From sequence record DRR723986_3489: a DNA stretch of 64,000 bases; one strand, 5' to 3'. The notes under the pieces are model-generated. The model was given only the letters and a program-made list of their open reading frames with translations. It had not been told where the DNA came from and did no database searches. Below, one piece after another: positions 19,299 to 28,658 of this stretch (position 1 is the first letter of the stretch; every line of letters begins with the position of its first letter). The position numbers were made by a program, and so were the translations under genes.

Positions 19299-19554
19299 CT
19301 GTTTGTTTATTGTTCTTTATTGGTCAGATGGAATCTCGCAACATATATTCATCTCTTTGTGTGACTCTAGAGTTGTGCTCGATTTCATGGCAAATAAATT
19401 CTGCACAAAGGTAGTTTTTCTTTCTGAGTCTGTCAGAATGAGATTTTGAAAAGGACTGAAAAACTGTGTCTTGAGAATATGACTTGAGTGTTTAAAATAG
19501 GAATTTTGGTTTTGATACCTTTACATTTTTAAATCTTCCAAAATCTATCTTACC

Positions 19555-20388
19555 ATGTCAACCTTTCAAGAGCTTCTGTCTTCTTGGGCTTCAAAACTTT
19601 CTATTTATGAGAAACAGGAAGCCGAATCACTGGTAAGTTGGCTTTTGGAGCATCATCTGGGATGGAGAAGAACTCAGATTTTGGATCAAGCTGATGAAGC
19701 TAGCTTTCCACCGAAGCTATTTGAAGACTTTGAGCGATTGAAAATCGGAGAGCCTATTCAGTATATTATGGGAAAAGGGCCTTTCTATGGAAGAGAGTTT
19801 ATCGTCAGTTCGGCTACTTTGGTCCCAAGAAATGAAACAGAGGAGTTGGTTCACATGATCATCAAAGAGAATCCGAAAGCTGGGTTGAGGATTTTGGATA
19901 TAGGCACTGGAACAGGCTGCCTTCCTATTTCATTGGCATTGGAGATGAATAATCCGGATGTTTTTGCCGTTGATATTTCTGAGGAAGCCTTAGAAATCGC
20001 CAAGAAAAATGGGGATGTGTTGAATGCAAATGTCACTTTTTTCACCTGTGATATTCTGACACAAACTCCAGATGTCTCGGAGCTGGATATTTTGGTAAGT
20101 AATCCTCCCTATATTCCTGAGCAGGAGAAAACAGAAATGCATAGAAATGTACTGGATTTTGAGCCCGAATTGGCCTTGTTTGTCAGCAATGATGATCCAC
20201 TGATTTTTTACCGAACAATAGCAGAGAAAGGAAAACAACTCCTGAAGTCAGGTGGGAAGCTGTATTTTGAAATCAATGAAAAGTACGGGAAAGGAGTTTC
20301 TCAGTTGATGCAGGATCTAGGTTATTCAGATGTTCAGATATTAAAAGATTTGAATGGAAAGGAGAGGATTGCAGTAGGTAGAAGCTAA
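19555..20388 (+). CDS. prmC: Release factor glutamine methyltransferase
   Basis: GEPIQYI, LVPRNETEEL, DIGTGTG, SNPPY. Confidence 0.95.
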   Translation: MSTFQELLSSWASKLSIYEKQEAESLVSWLLEHHLGWRRTQILDQADEASFPPKLFEDFERLKIGEPIQYIMGKGPFYGREFIVSSATLVPRNETEELVHMIIKENPKAGLRILDIGTGTGCLPISLALEMNNPDVFAVDISEEALEIAKKNGDVLNANVTFFTCDILTQTPDVSELDILVSNPPYIPEQEKTEMHRNVLDFEPELALFVSNDDPLIFYRTIAEKGKQLLKSGGKLYFEINEKYGKGVSQLMQDLGYSDVQILKDLNGKERIAVGRS

Positions 20389-20391
20389 ATT

Positions 20392-20426
20392 TGAGTATCA
20401 AGACAATAGACTTAAGTATTAAGTAC
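20392..20426. repeat. 7-nt periodic tract (tgagtat caagaca atagact taagtat taagtac)
   Basis: Visible heptamer periodicity similar to 4961-5016. Confidence 0.55.
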
Positions 20427-20451
20427 GTCTCAAAAGATAAAGTTATATCAT

Positions 20452-20736
20452 ATGAGTCAGAAGAAATGTCCCCATTGCGGAGAATGGTCAGTATGGACAA
20501 ACAATTACGAGGATCGCTGTGAGCATTGCGGAGAGTTTCTGTCTCCAGTAGAGCTTGAGCGGAAGGAAAAATTCATTCTAGAGCAAGATCGCCAAGAGAA
20601 GGGATGGATGTTTTACATTAATCCTGATGATTCTGGGGCTAAGAAATTCTTTAAGAAATCCGGAAACTTATTTTATACCGTTTTCATGGCTATCATGACC
20701 TTTATCATGTGGTTGATTGCAGTTTTACCAGGATGA
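20452..20736 (+). CDS. Hypothetical zinc-ribbon membrane protein
   Basis: CPHCG...CEHCG and a C-terminal TM helix. Confidence 0.75.
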   Translation: MSQKKCPHCGEWSVWTNNYEDRCEHCGEFLSPVELERKEKFILEQDRQEKGWMFYINPDDSGAKKFFKKSGNLFYTVFMAIMTFIMWLIAVLPG

Positions 20737-21119
20737 TAGATCTATTCAAAAACCCAATTTTTATTTTTGCTTCCATTGCTTTTTGGGCAAATCAATACCT
20801 GGAAAAATCTTTGGGCATCTTTATCCCTTTCTATCATGCCTATGGAGACGATTTGATGGCTATGCCAGTAGTTTTTGGCATTTGCCTGCAGCTAATGAGG
20901 TGGTTCCATCCCATGGGGAGTCAACTCACTTTTAGTATGAAGGAGGTTATCATTGGTCTGGTTTATTTTTCAGTTGTTTTTGAAATCGTATTACCTCTGT
21001 TTTCAAAGACTTATACAGCAGATCCAATCGATGTGTTTTGCTATGGATTGGGAACGTTAGTGTTCCTAAAGTTTATGAATAAACCTGCTCCCCAATCCAA
21101 AAAATCCCGGGCGCTTTGA
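20733..21119 (+). CDS. Hypothetical multi-TM membrane protein
   Basis: ATGA overlap with the upstream gene; hydrophobic segments; YTADPIDVFCY. Confidence 0.7.
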   Translation: MIDLFKNPIFIFASIAFWANQYLEKSLGIFIPFYHAYGDDLMAMPVVFGICLQLMRWFHPMGSQLTFSMKEVIIGLVYFSVVFEIVLPLFSKTYTADPIDVFCYGLGTLVFLKFMNKPAPQSKKSRAL

Positions 21120-21687
21120 TCTCTGTAATTCCTTCTGGAACTTCCAGCATAGTCGCATAGGTGATGGGTAAAATCAATTCTCCATTTTCATTTTGGATTT
21201 GAACAGGCATACCTTCCTTACCGTGAATATGGATACTACTTTCTGCAAACCATTTTTTAAACTCTCCCGATATCACTGGGTAATATTTCCAATCACCATC
21301 CAAAATCGTAAGATTCATCAGTTGAAGTTTGTCCTGCAGCTCAAGTGCTTTCAAATGTGAAATCCCTACCAAATGCACTGCCTTGTGCTCGGTGGAGACC
21401 AGGTAATCCAACCCTGTTTGCAAATAATTTTCATCTAATATGTTGATGAATTTCACTGGATATTGTTCTTCCTGCAAGTGCTGATTTTCTGCCTGAAATA
21501 CTTCTGAAGCTATAATCACGTCTATCTTTATTCCCCAGCTCAACACTTGGTCAAGCACTTTTTCACTGACTAGGACGGTTGGCACCCATTCTAAAAGTGG
21601 GGAAACTTGATCAAAGCTAATTTGATCAACTTCCAAAATGAGAACGGCAGGTTCCTGTTTATCTTTTACGAAATGATGTGAAGACAT
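21073..21687 (-). CDS. Thiamine pyrophosphokinase-like protein
   Basis: MSSHHFVKDKQEPA...LLEWVP...GIKIDV N-terminus resembles Bacteroidota TPK-like proteins. Confidence 0.6.
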   Translation of the reverse strand: MSSHHFVKDKQEPAVLILEVDQISFDQVSPLLEWVPTVLVSEKVLDQVLSWGIKIDVIIASEVFQAENQHLQEEQYPVKFINILDENYLQTGLDYLVSTEHKAVHLVGISHLKALELQDKLQLMNLTILDGDWKYYPVISGEFKKWFAESSIHIHGKEGMPVQIQNENGELILPITYATMLEVPEGITEIKAPGIFWIGEQVYS

Positions 21688-22676
21688 TAGGATTGGATTT
21701 TTCGATAGAATTCTAGCGCATTGCTGTAAGCTAAGTCTTCCAGGTTTTCAGCGCTTAATTTATCTTCCATACTTTTCAGCAGAGAAGGATATGTGCCAGC
21801 ATTCTCCACAAGAGGAAAATAGAAAGGTATGCGTGAAGGGTCCCCAAAATCCTTGGTGTAAAAATAATCTGCTCCAAAACAGATTGATTTTTCTCCACCA
21901 ATCTGGAACCCATGGAAAATATGATCAAATAATCGCTCCGGAACCTCAGGATCCAAGAAAGCTCTCAAGAAATTCACTCCTATGATTCCTTCACGATGTA
22001 TGATTTCTTTGGCAAACTCATCGGTAAGATTTCGGGGATGATTCCATATTTCTCTGAAATTGGAGTGACTTGCAATCACTGGGATATCCAGCTTATTACT
22101 ATCGATATGATTCAAAATACCTTCCGCAAGCATATCTGAAGTGTGCGACAGATCAATAGGAATTCTTTTTCCGGCCATGTAATCAAGCAGCTTTTTCCCG
22201 TCGTCTTTCAACCCAATTCCTTTGGTATAATTTCCCCCACCAAAGCGGTTTTCTGTATGATGGGTCAGGCTGATGTATGCAAGAGAATTTACTTTTTCCA
22301 GAATAGCATCAAACTGATTGTAGATTTCCTCCCAAGTCGCATCTTCATTGCCAATACCAGCAGCGTTTTCTACCGAAGCTTTTATTCCAACACAGTTTTG
22401 TTTGTCCCAGTTTTGCAAAAAATCAGCATCAGCAAAGGCAAGATCATTCTCATGCTTTTCTAATAATTCTGAGAAAATCTGAGCTTGTCTTGTAGCCAAA
22501 CTCATGCTTTCTGGCCTCACGTCAGTATAAATCGCCAATACTTGCATGCGCACATTGCCATCCTGCAACCAAGGGATTGCACAGGCGATTTCATCTTTTG
22601 CATAGGCATTTGCACCTGGGATTTTTGCCAAATAGGACAGTAAATCACAGTGCATGTCGATTATTGGGAAACTCAT
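21687..22676 (-). CDS. Membrane dipeptidase (M19, amidohydrolase fold)
   Basis: IDMHCD, IDLSH, ASHSN, PRNLTD, FGADY. Confidence 0.88.
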   Translation of the reverse strand: MSFPIIDMHCDLLSYLAKIPGANAYAKDEIACAIPWLQDGNVRMQVLAIYTDVRPESMSLATRQAQIFSELLEKHENDLAFADADFLQNWDKQNCVGIKASVENAAGIGNEDATWEEIYNQFDAILEKVNSLAYISLTHHTENRFGGGNYTKGIGLKDDGKKLLDYMAGKRIPIDLSHTSDMLAEGILNHIDSNKLDIPVIASHSNFREIWNHPRNLTDEFAKEIIHREGIIGVNFLRAFLDPEVPERLFDHIFHGFQIGGEKSICFGADYFYTKDFGDPSRIPFYFPLVENAGTYPSLLKSMEDKLSAENLEDLAYSNALEFYRKIQS

Positions 22677-22796
22677 GATTTTTTGGGGTTATGGCAAAGT
22701 AAGCCAAAAAAGCGTATGTTTTTTAATACTTTTAGGGAGGATTACACTTAGGTAATCTTCAGAGAGATTTTCAATTTCACCAGAAAAATAAGCGAT

Positions 22797-23309
22797 ATGG
22801 CATTAGCTCAACCGTTCAACTTCAAAAAATGGATAGACGAAAATAGACATTTGTTGAAACCACCGATTGGAAATCAGCAAGTTTATAAAGGAAATGATGA
22901 TTTCATCGTCATGGTAGTGGGCGGGCCAAATTCCCGCAAAGACTATCATTCCAATGAAGGAGAAGAGTTTTTCTACCAAATAGAAGGAGATATTGTCCTG
23001 AAAGTTATTGAAGACGGAAAGCCTAAGGACATTCATATCCGCGAAGGAGAAATATTCCTACTTCCAGCAAAAGTGCCACATTCTCCCCGTCGTCCAGCCA
23101 ATACAATTGGTTTGGTGATAGAGAGATATCGAAGGGCAGGTGAGGTAGATGGGTTTATCTGGCACTGTGAAAACTGTGGTGAAAAGCTTTATGAGGAATT
23201 TTTTGAAGTTACGGACATTGTTAAGCAGCTCCCTCCAGTTCAAGAAAGGTTTTGGGGCAATCCAGAGCACACGACATGCAAGAATTGCGGAACAGTAATG
23301 GAGAAATAG
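22797..23309 (+). CDS. nbaC: 3-hydroxyanthranilate 3,4-dioxygenase
   Basis: GGPNSRKDYH, EEFFYQ, VPHSP, rubredoxin-like CENC/CKNC. Confidence 0.96.
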   Translation: MALAQPFNFKKWIDENRHLLKPPIGNQQVYKGNDDFIVMVVGGPNSRKDYHSNEGEEFFYQIEGDIVLKVIEDGKPKDIHIREGEIFLLPAKVPHSPRRPANTIGLVIERYRRAGEVDGFIWHCENCGEKLYEEFFEVTDIVKQLPPVQERFWGNPEHTTCKNCGTVMEK

Positions 23310-23471
23310 AGTTGTGTTATTAAGGTCATTAATATAGAGTTAAACTTTTTGTTTTTCTTTTGAATAATTGCCGGGTGACCGATGACCGATGCACCTAAAA
23401 GATAGGCTCACCAAAACTTTAGACACTTTTGCCTTTTTGACAGAAGTTCATATAACCCCAAATAGATTAGA

Positions 23472-24749
23472 ATGAACTACCAATATTCAGCTGAATTTGC
23501 GCGTGAGATGGATGAGAAAGATTCTCTTTCACACTTTCGGGATCGTTTTCTTTTTCCGAAAGTTGATGGAAAAGATGCGATTTATCTCTGTGGAAATTCT
23601 CTAGGCTTACAGCCCAAATCAGCTAAAGATTACATAGCAAAGGAATTATCCAATTGGGCAGAAATGGCTGTTGATGGACATTTTCATGGAGAAGATGCCT
23701 GGATGTTTGCGAAGCAAAAATCAAAGCCAGCTTTAGCTGAGATCGTGGGAGCTCATGAGCACGAAGTGGTAGCCATGAATAACCTATCCGTGAACCTTCA
23801 TTTGTTGATGGTTTCATTTTATCAGCCCACAAAAGAGCGCTACAAAATCATCGTAGAAGCTGGCGCTTTTCCCTCAGATCAATACATGCTGGAAACTCAG
23901 GTGAAGTTTCATGGTTTAGATCCTGAGGATGTTATTGTGGAACTGGCACCAAGAAAAGGTGAGCATACGCTTCGTACCGAGGATATTTTGGCAGAAATAA
24001 GAAAGCAGGGTGATTCCCTAGCTATGGTGAATATGGCTGGTTTGCAATATTACACCGGACAGGTTTTCGATTTGAAAGCCATTACGGCAGCAGCCCATGA
24101 AGTAGGCGCTTATGCCGGATTTGATTTGGCACATGCTGCAGGTAATGCTCCATTGAGCCTCCACGATTGGGATGTAGATTTTGCAACTTGGTGCAGTTAT
24201 AAATACATGAATTCCGGTCCTGGGAACGTATCTGGAGTATTTATCCATGAGCGATTTGCGGAGCGTGCAAACATGAATCGCTTTGCTGGATGGTGGGGAC
24301 ATGATCAGGAGCAGCGCTTCAAGATGGAAAAGGGGTTTGTGCCAATGTATGGAGCCGATGGCTGGCAGCTTTCCAATTCCGATATTATCGGTTTAGCCGT
24401 TCATCAGGCATCCTTGGATATTTTTCAGGAAGCAGGAATTACAAATTTGAGGAGAAAATCAGAACAGCTGACAGCATATTTAGCCTATCTAATTGAAGAA
24501 ATCAGCGGAAATTCAGGGGTTTTGGAAATTATTACTCCTAAAAATCCTGTAGAAAGAGGCTGTCAGTTATCTTTGCACATTCATCGCGGAGGCAAGGCTG
24601 TATTCGATGAATGGTATAAACACGGAGTCGTAGGCGACTGGCGCAATCCAAATGTGATACGTCTAGCACCTACACCGCTCTATAACAGCTTCCTAGACGT
24701 GTTCCGATTTGCACAGATTTTGGAACAATCTCTGAAGAAATTCGCTTAA
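23472..24749 (+). CDS. kynU: Kynureninase
   Basis: YLCGNSLGLQP, AFPSD, DLAHAAGN, WCSYKYMNSGPG, GWWGH. Confidence 0.97.
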   Translation: MNYQYSAEFAREMDEKDSLSHFRDRFLFPKVDGKDAIYLCGNSLGLQPKSAKDYIAKELSNWAEMAVDGHFHGEDAWMFAKQKSKPALAEIVGAHEHEVVAMNNLSVNLHLLMVSFYQPTKERYKIIVEAGAFPSDQYMLETQVKFHGLDPEDVIVELAPRKGEHTLRTEDILAEIRKQGDSLAMVNMAGLQYYTGQVFDLKAITAAAHEVGAYAGFDLAHAAGNAPLSLHDWDVDFATWCSYKYMNSGPGNVSGVFIHERFAERANMNRFAGWWGHDQEQRFKMEKGFVPMYGADGWQLSNSDIIGLAVHQASLDIFQEAGITNLRRKSEQLTAYLAYLIEEISGNSGVLEIITPKNPVERGCQLSLHIHRGGKAVFDEWYKHGVVGDWRNPNVIRLAPTPLYNSFLDVFRFAQILEQSLKKFA

Positions 24750-24774
24750 AGGAAGCGTGGATAAAACAATCCAA

Positions 24775-26127
24775 ATGGAAAAGAATCAAGTTACCGTATT
24801 AGGAGCCGGATTGATAGGTTCTCTAATGGCTATATATCTGAAGCGCCAAGGCTTAGAAGTTGCTGTTTTTGACAAGAGGCCAGATAAGCGCAAATCAACT
24901 TTTGAGGAAGGAAAAAGATCCATTAACATGGCGCTAAGCCATCGAGGATGGAAGGCACTAGAGGAAGTTGGACTCAAAGAAAAGGTAATGCCATTGGCTA
25001 TTCCCATGTATGGACGTAAAGTTCATGATGAACATGGTGGTACTACTTTCATTTCCTACGGAAAAGAGAATCAGGCTATTTATTCCCTTTCTAGGGGAAA
25101 ATTTAACCAGCTTCTGGTAGAAGAAGGAGAAAAGCTTGGTGCAAAATACAATTTCGAGCATAAATGCCTGGAAGTGGATTTCAATTCTCAGGAAATCACT
25201 TTCCAGACTCCAAAAGCAGAGGAAAAAATCAAAGCACCTGTACTATTTGGATCTGATGGAGCTTATTCATCGCTTAGATTGGCGATGCAAAAGCAGATCC
25301 GTTTCAACTACAAGCAGGAATACATCACTCACGAATACAAGGAACTAACCATTCCAGCAACTGCAGATGGGGAATTTGCAATGGATCCGAATGCCTTGCA
25401 TATCTGGCCTAGAGGCAAGTTTATGCTGATCGCACTTCCAAATCCTGATAAGACATTTACCTGTACCTTGTTTTTGCCTCACAGTGGATCAAAAGTTTGC
25501 TTTGACAAAATCAATGATGAGCATGATCTTGAGATCCTTTTCTCAAATTATTTTGACGATGCCTATAAGCTCATGCCAGATCTGATGACTGAGTTTTTTG
25601 CTAACCCAACTTCGGCGCTAATCAATGTGGAATGTTTCCCATGGGTTCAGGGTACAAGTTTGCTGATGGGTGATGCCAGTCATGCGATGGTTCCTTTCTA
25701 TGGGCAGGGTATGAATTGCGGTTTTGAGGATTGCTCTATTTTGAATGGTCTGATCGATAAGTATGGGACTAATTCCTGGGATTTGGTTTTTGAGAAATTC
25801 CAGAAAAAACGCAAGGTAGATACCGATGCCATCTGTCAGTTGGCAATGGAGAATTTTGAAGAAATGAGAGATTCTGTTGCCGATCCGAAGTTCGTGCTTC
25901 GAAAAAAAATCGAAGCCAAGCTATACGAATTGTACCCAAATGATTGGATTCCGCTCTATTCCATGGTTACTTTTACTGATATGAGGTATTCTGAAGCTTA
26001 TACTCAGGGAAAACTTCAGGAAGCAATTATGGATCGCGTTATGGCTGATCCGTTGATTACAGAGAATTGGAATAAGCTCGACTACGAGGATATTATTTAT
26101 AAAATGGAAACAGCAAAAGCGGTGTAG
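24775..26127 (+). CDS. kmo: Kynurenine 3-monooxygenase
   Basis: GAGLIG, RSINMALSHRG, ALHIWPRG, GDASHAMVPFYGQGMNCGFED. Alternative GTG start at 24757. Confidence 0.96.
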   Translation: MEKNQVTVLGAGLIGSLMAIYLKRQGLEVAVFDKRPDKRKSTFEEGKRSINMALSHRGWKALEEVGLKEKVMPLAIPMYGRKVHDEHGGTTFISYGKENQAIYSLSRGKFNQLLVEEGEKLGAKYNFEHKCLEVDFNSQEITFQTPKAEEKIKAPVLFGSDGAYSSLRLAMQKQIRFNYKQEYITHEYKELTIPATADGEFAMDPNALHIWPRGKFMLIALPNPDKTFTCTLFLPHSGSKVCFDKINDEHDLEILFSNYFDDAYKLMPDLMTEFFANPTSALINVECFPWVQGTSLLMGDASHAMVPFYGQGMNCGFEDCSILNGLIDKYGTNSWDLVFEKFQKKRKVDTDAICQLAMENFEEMRDSVADPKFVLRKKIEAKLYELYPNDWIPLYSMVTFTDMRYSEAYTQGKLQEAIMDRVMADPLITENWNKLDYEDIIYKMETAKAV

Positions 26128-26130
26128 TTC

Positions 26131-26326
26131 TTTAACCGCAGAGCACGTGGAGTCCCGACAGCCATCGGGATCGCAGAGTTGGCACAAAGAGAAAATCAGG
26201 TTCAAGTCGGTAGATTTGAGCCTTTTTTGTTAAATAAATTCGTTTCTTACAGGTGGTTTTACGAACAGCAAGTTAAAAACCTAAAATGCGCTCTCTGCGA
26301 AAAACTCTGCGGTCTCTGCGGTTAAA
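26131..26326. repeat. REP/MITE-like element with 13-bp terminal inverted repeats TTTAACCGCAGAG and internal CGCAGAG sub-repeats
   Basis: 26131-26143 is the exact reverse complement of 26314-26326; internal TCCCGA-N6-TCGGGA hairpin. Confidence 0.7.
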
Positions 26327-26328
26327 TT

Positions 26329-26355
26329 AAAAGGCGCTGATTTCTCAACGCCTTT
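26329..26355. terminator. Probable bidirectional terminator between kmo and pheS
   Basis: AAAGGCG...CGCCTTT hairpin between convergent genes. Confidence 0.6.
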
Positions 26356-26360
26356 GATTT

Positions 26361-27389
26361 TTATAATAGGGGCCTAAACTGCCTCAGGAATCTCACATCA
26401 TTCTCCGTAAATAATCGAAGATCCTTAATTTGATATTTCAGCATAGCAATTCGCTCTATACCCATACCGAAGGCAAAGCCAGTATATTTCTTAGAATCAA
26501 TGCCACAGTTTTCCAACACATTCGGGTCAACCATTCCTGATCCTCCGATCTCTACCCAGCCACTGCCTTTGCAGACATTACAGCCTTTGCCTCCACAGAT
26601 CAGACAGGTGATGTCGATCTCTGCACTTGGCTCTGTAAAAGGGAAATAAGATGGTCTGAATCGCACTTTGGTTTCCTTGCCAAACATCTCTTTAGCGAAG
26701 TGATAAAGCGTATTCTTCAAATCAGCGAAACCAACATTTTCATCCACGTATAATCCTTCTACCTGGTGGAAAATACAATGTGCGCGGGCTGAAATGGCTT
26801 CATTTCTATAAACTCTTCCTGGTGAAAGGGTACGAATCGGAGGTTTCTGATTTTCCATCACTCTCACCTGTACGGATGAAGTATGCGTTCTGAGTGCGAT
26901 ATCAGGGTTTTTCTCAATGAAGAAAGTATCCTGCATCTCCCGAGCTGGGTGATTTTCAGGGAAATTCAGCGCAGTGAAGTTATGCCAATCGTCTTCGATC
27001 TCCGGACCTTCGGAGAGGTTGAAACCAATTCGTTCGAAAATATCTATGATGCGCTGACGGGTAGCAGTCAGCGGGTGAATTCCTCCCAAACTTTGATTAG
27101 ACGGAGGTAGAGTCAAATCGATACCAGCCGATTTTGACTTTTTATTGGCTTGATTGACTTTTTCGATCAGCTCCTGAAACTTCGCTTCTGCCAATTGCTT
27201 CACTCCATTTACCAGCTGACCATAGGCTTTTTTCTCCTCATTAGGAATTTTACCCATGCCTGCAAAAAGCTCACCCACCACAGATTTCTTGGATATATAC
27301 TCCATTCTGTAGGCTTCTAGCTCCTCTGGATTAGTTGCGTCAGCTGCTGAAATAGCGGCTTTGATAGCTTCGATTTTCTCTTGGTACAT
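26361..27389 (-). CDS. pheS: Phenylalanine-tRNA ligase alpha subunit
   Basis: HPAREMQDTF, LRTHTSSVQ, FHQVEG, YFPFTEPS, GFAFGMGIER. Confidence 0.98.
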   Translation of the reverse strand: MYQEKIEAIKAAISAADATNPEELEAYRMEYISKKSVVGELFAGMGKIPNEEKKAYGQLVNGVKQLAEAKFQELIEKVNQANKKSKSAGIDLTLPPSNQSLGGIHPLTATRQRIIDIFERIGFNLSEGPEIEDDWHNFTALNFPENHPAREMQDTFFIEKNPDIALRTHTSSVQVRVMENQKPPIRTLSPGRVYRNEAISARAHCIFHQVEGLYVDENVGFADLKNTLYHFAKEMFGKETKVRFRPSYFPFTEPSAEIDITCLICGGKGCNVCKGSGWVEIGGSGMVDPNVLENCGIDSKKYTGFAFGMGIERIAMLKYQIKDLRLFTENDVRFLRQFRPLL

Positions 27390-27668
27390 GGGATTCAATT
27401 TATTCGAGGGACAAAGCTACCAATTTTGAGGTCTTTTGGAAAGCCTAAAACCTGTCTTTAGCCTTCCAAGTCCCAACAGGTCAGAAAATCTTTAAAAAGA
27501 AACAAATCAAAAGGCCTGAAGGTAAATGACCGGAAGAGGTTCTGATGATCTCGTAAATCACATATGAAAATTCGTAAATTTTTTAATCTCTGTAAATCCA
27601 ATCCCTAATCACCTCCCGTATCTCTTCCCAAATAAGAAACCAAAAAAAATCATCAAACTAACAAGATC

Positions 27669-28235
27669 ATGAAAATTCAAAATTTCTTCAAAGTGGCTTT
27701 CGCAGCCTTTATTTTTCTTTCTGCAAACATGGCTTTTGCTCAAATGGAAAAAACAAAAATGGTAGGTGGCGCAGAAATGTATCCATCAAAAAATATAGTC
27801 GAAAATGCAGTGAATTCTGCTGATCACACCACATTGGTAGCTGCAGTAAAAGCAGCTGGTTTAGTAGAGACGCTTCAAGGAAAAGGTCCATTTACAGTTT
27901 TTGCTCCTGATAATATGGCTTTCGATAAGCTTCCTTCTGGAACCGTAGAAACACTTTTGAAGCCGGAAAATAAAGCTACACTTCAGGCTGTACTTACTTA
28001 CCACGTAGTAGCTGGTAAAATGGGATCCAAAGAAATCGCTGCTGCGATCAAAAAAGGAAATGGTAAAGCTGTGCTTACTACAGTTCAAGGCGGAAAATTA
28101 ACTGCTTGGATGAAAGGTAAAGACCTATATATCACAGACGAAAACGGAGGAGAATCTAAAGTGACTATTGCGGATGTATGGCAATCAAATGGTGTGATCC
28201 ACTCAGTAGATACTGTGGTTCTTCCTAAAATGTAA
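27669..28235 (+). CDS. Exported fasciclin (FAS1) domain protein
   Basis: Signal peptide; GPFTVFAP, LTYHVV, SNGVIHSVDTVVLP. Confidence 0.93.
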   Translation: MKIQNFFKVAFAAFIFLSANMAFAQMEKTKMVGGAEMYPSKNIVENAVNSADHTTLVAAVKAAGLVETLQGKGPFTVFAPDNMAFDKLPSGTVETLLKPENKATLQAVLTYHVVAGKMGSKEIAAAIKKGNGKAVLTTVQGGKLTAWMKGKDLYITDENGGESKVTIADVWQSNGVIHSVDTVVLPKM

Positions 28236-28259
28236 TTGTTGCTGGTTGGTCAATTGCTA

Positions 28260-28288
28260 AGCCGACTCCGTAAGGGGTCGGTTTTTTT
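28260..28288 (+). terminator. Intrinsic terminator of the fasciclin gene
   Basis: AGCCGACTCC-gtaa-GGGGTCGGTT followed by a T-run. Confidence 0.8.
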
Positions 28289-28290
28289 GT

Positions 28291-28330
28291 TTTAAGTCGC
28301 AGAGCACGCAAAGTTTTTCGCGGAGGGCGC
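28291..28330. repeat. Solo copy of the CGCAGAG repeat arm
   Basis: tttaagtcgcagagcacgcaaagtttttcgcggagggcgc aligns with the reverse complement of 26288-26326. Confidence 0.7.
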
Positions 28331-28419
28331 TAAACTTTTGTTTGCCTGCTTCTCCAGAAGCCGGTCGTTAAAAATACTCTACTCTATTTTTTGGAGATGT
28401 GATTGGCAAAAAATTTTTG

Positions 28420-28570
28420 TCAGAAAAGCTCCTCAGGAATTTTAAAAACCGCAATTCCTGAGTCTTCATCTGTAGTGAGTCCGTAGATTTCGTTTGTAGC
28501 TTCATTCACTAGTACACTAGAATTTAGACTATTGATCAGTACAGAGTCAAAAAAAGGATAGGATACTATT
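28420..28570 (-). pseudogene. Possible 3' remnant of a beta-propeller-like protein gene
   Basis: Protein-like C-terminus LVNEATNEIYGLTTDEDSGIAVFKIPEELF; no credible start, and the 5' part runs through a terminator. Confidence 0.35.
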
Positions 28571-28575
28571 GATAA

Positions 28576-28608
28576 TAAAAAAACCGACTGAAAATATCCA
28601 GTCGGTTT
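28576..28608 (-). terminator. Intrinsic terminator of the outer-membrane receptor gene
   Basis: AAACCGACTG-N8-CAGTCGGTTT with a U-tract on the minus strand. Confidence 0.75.
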
Positions 28609-28658
28609 GAAGATCATTAGACCCCACAAATCTTAATTCAAAGTTTGCAATTATAAAC

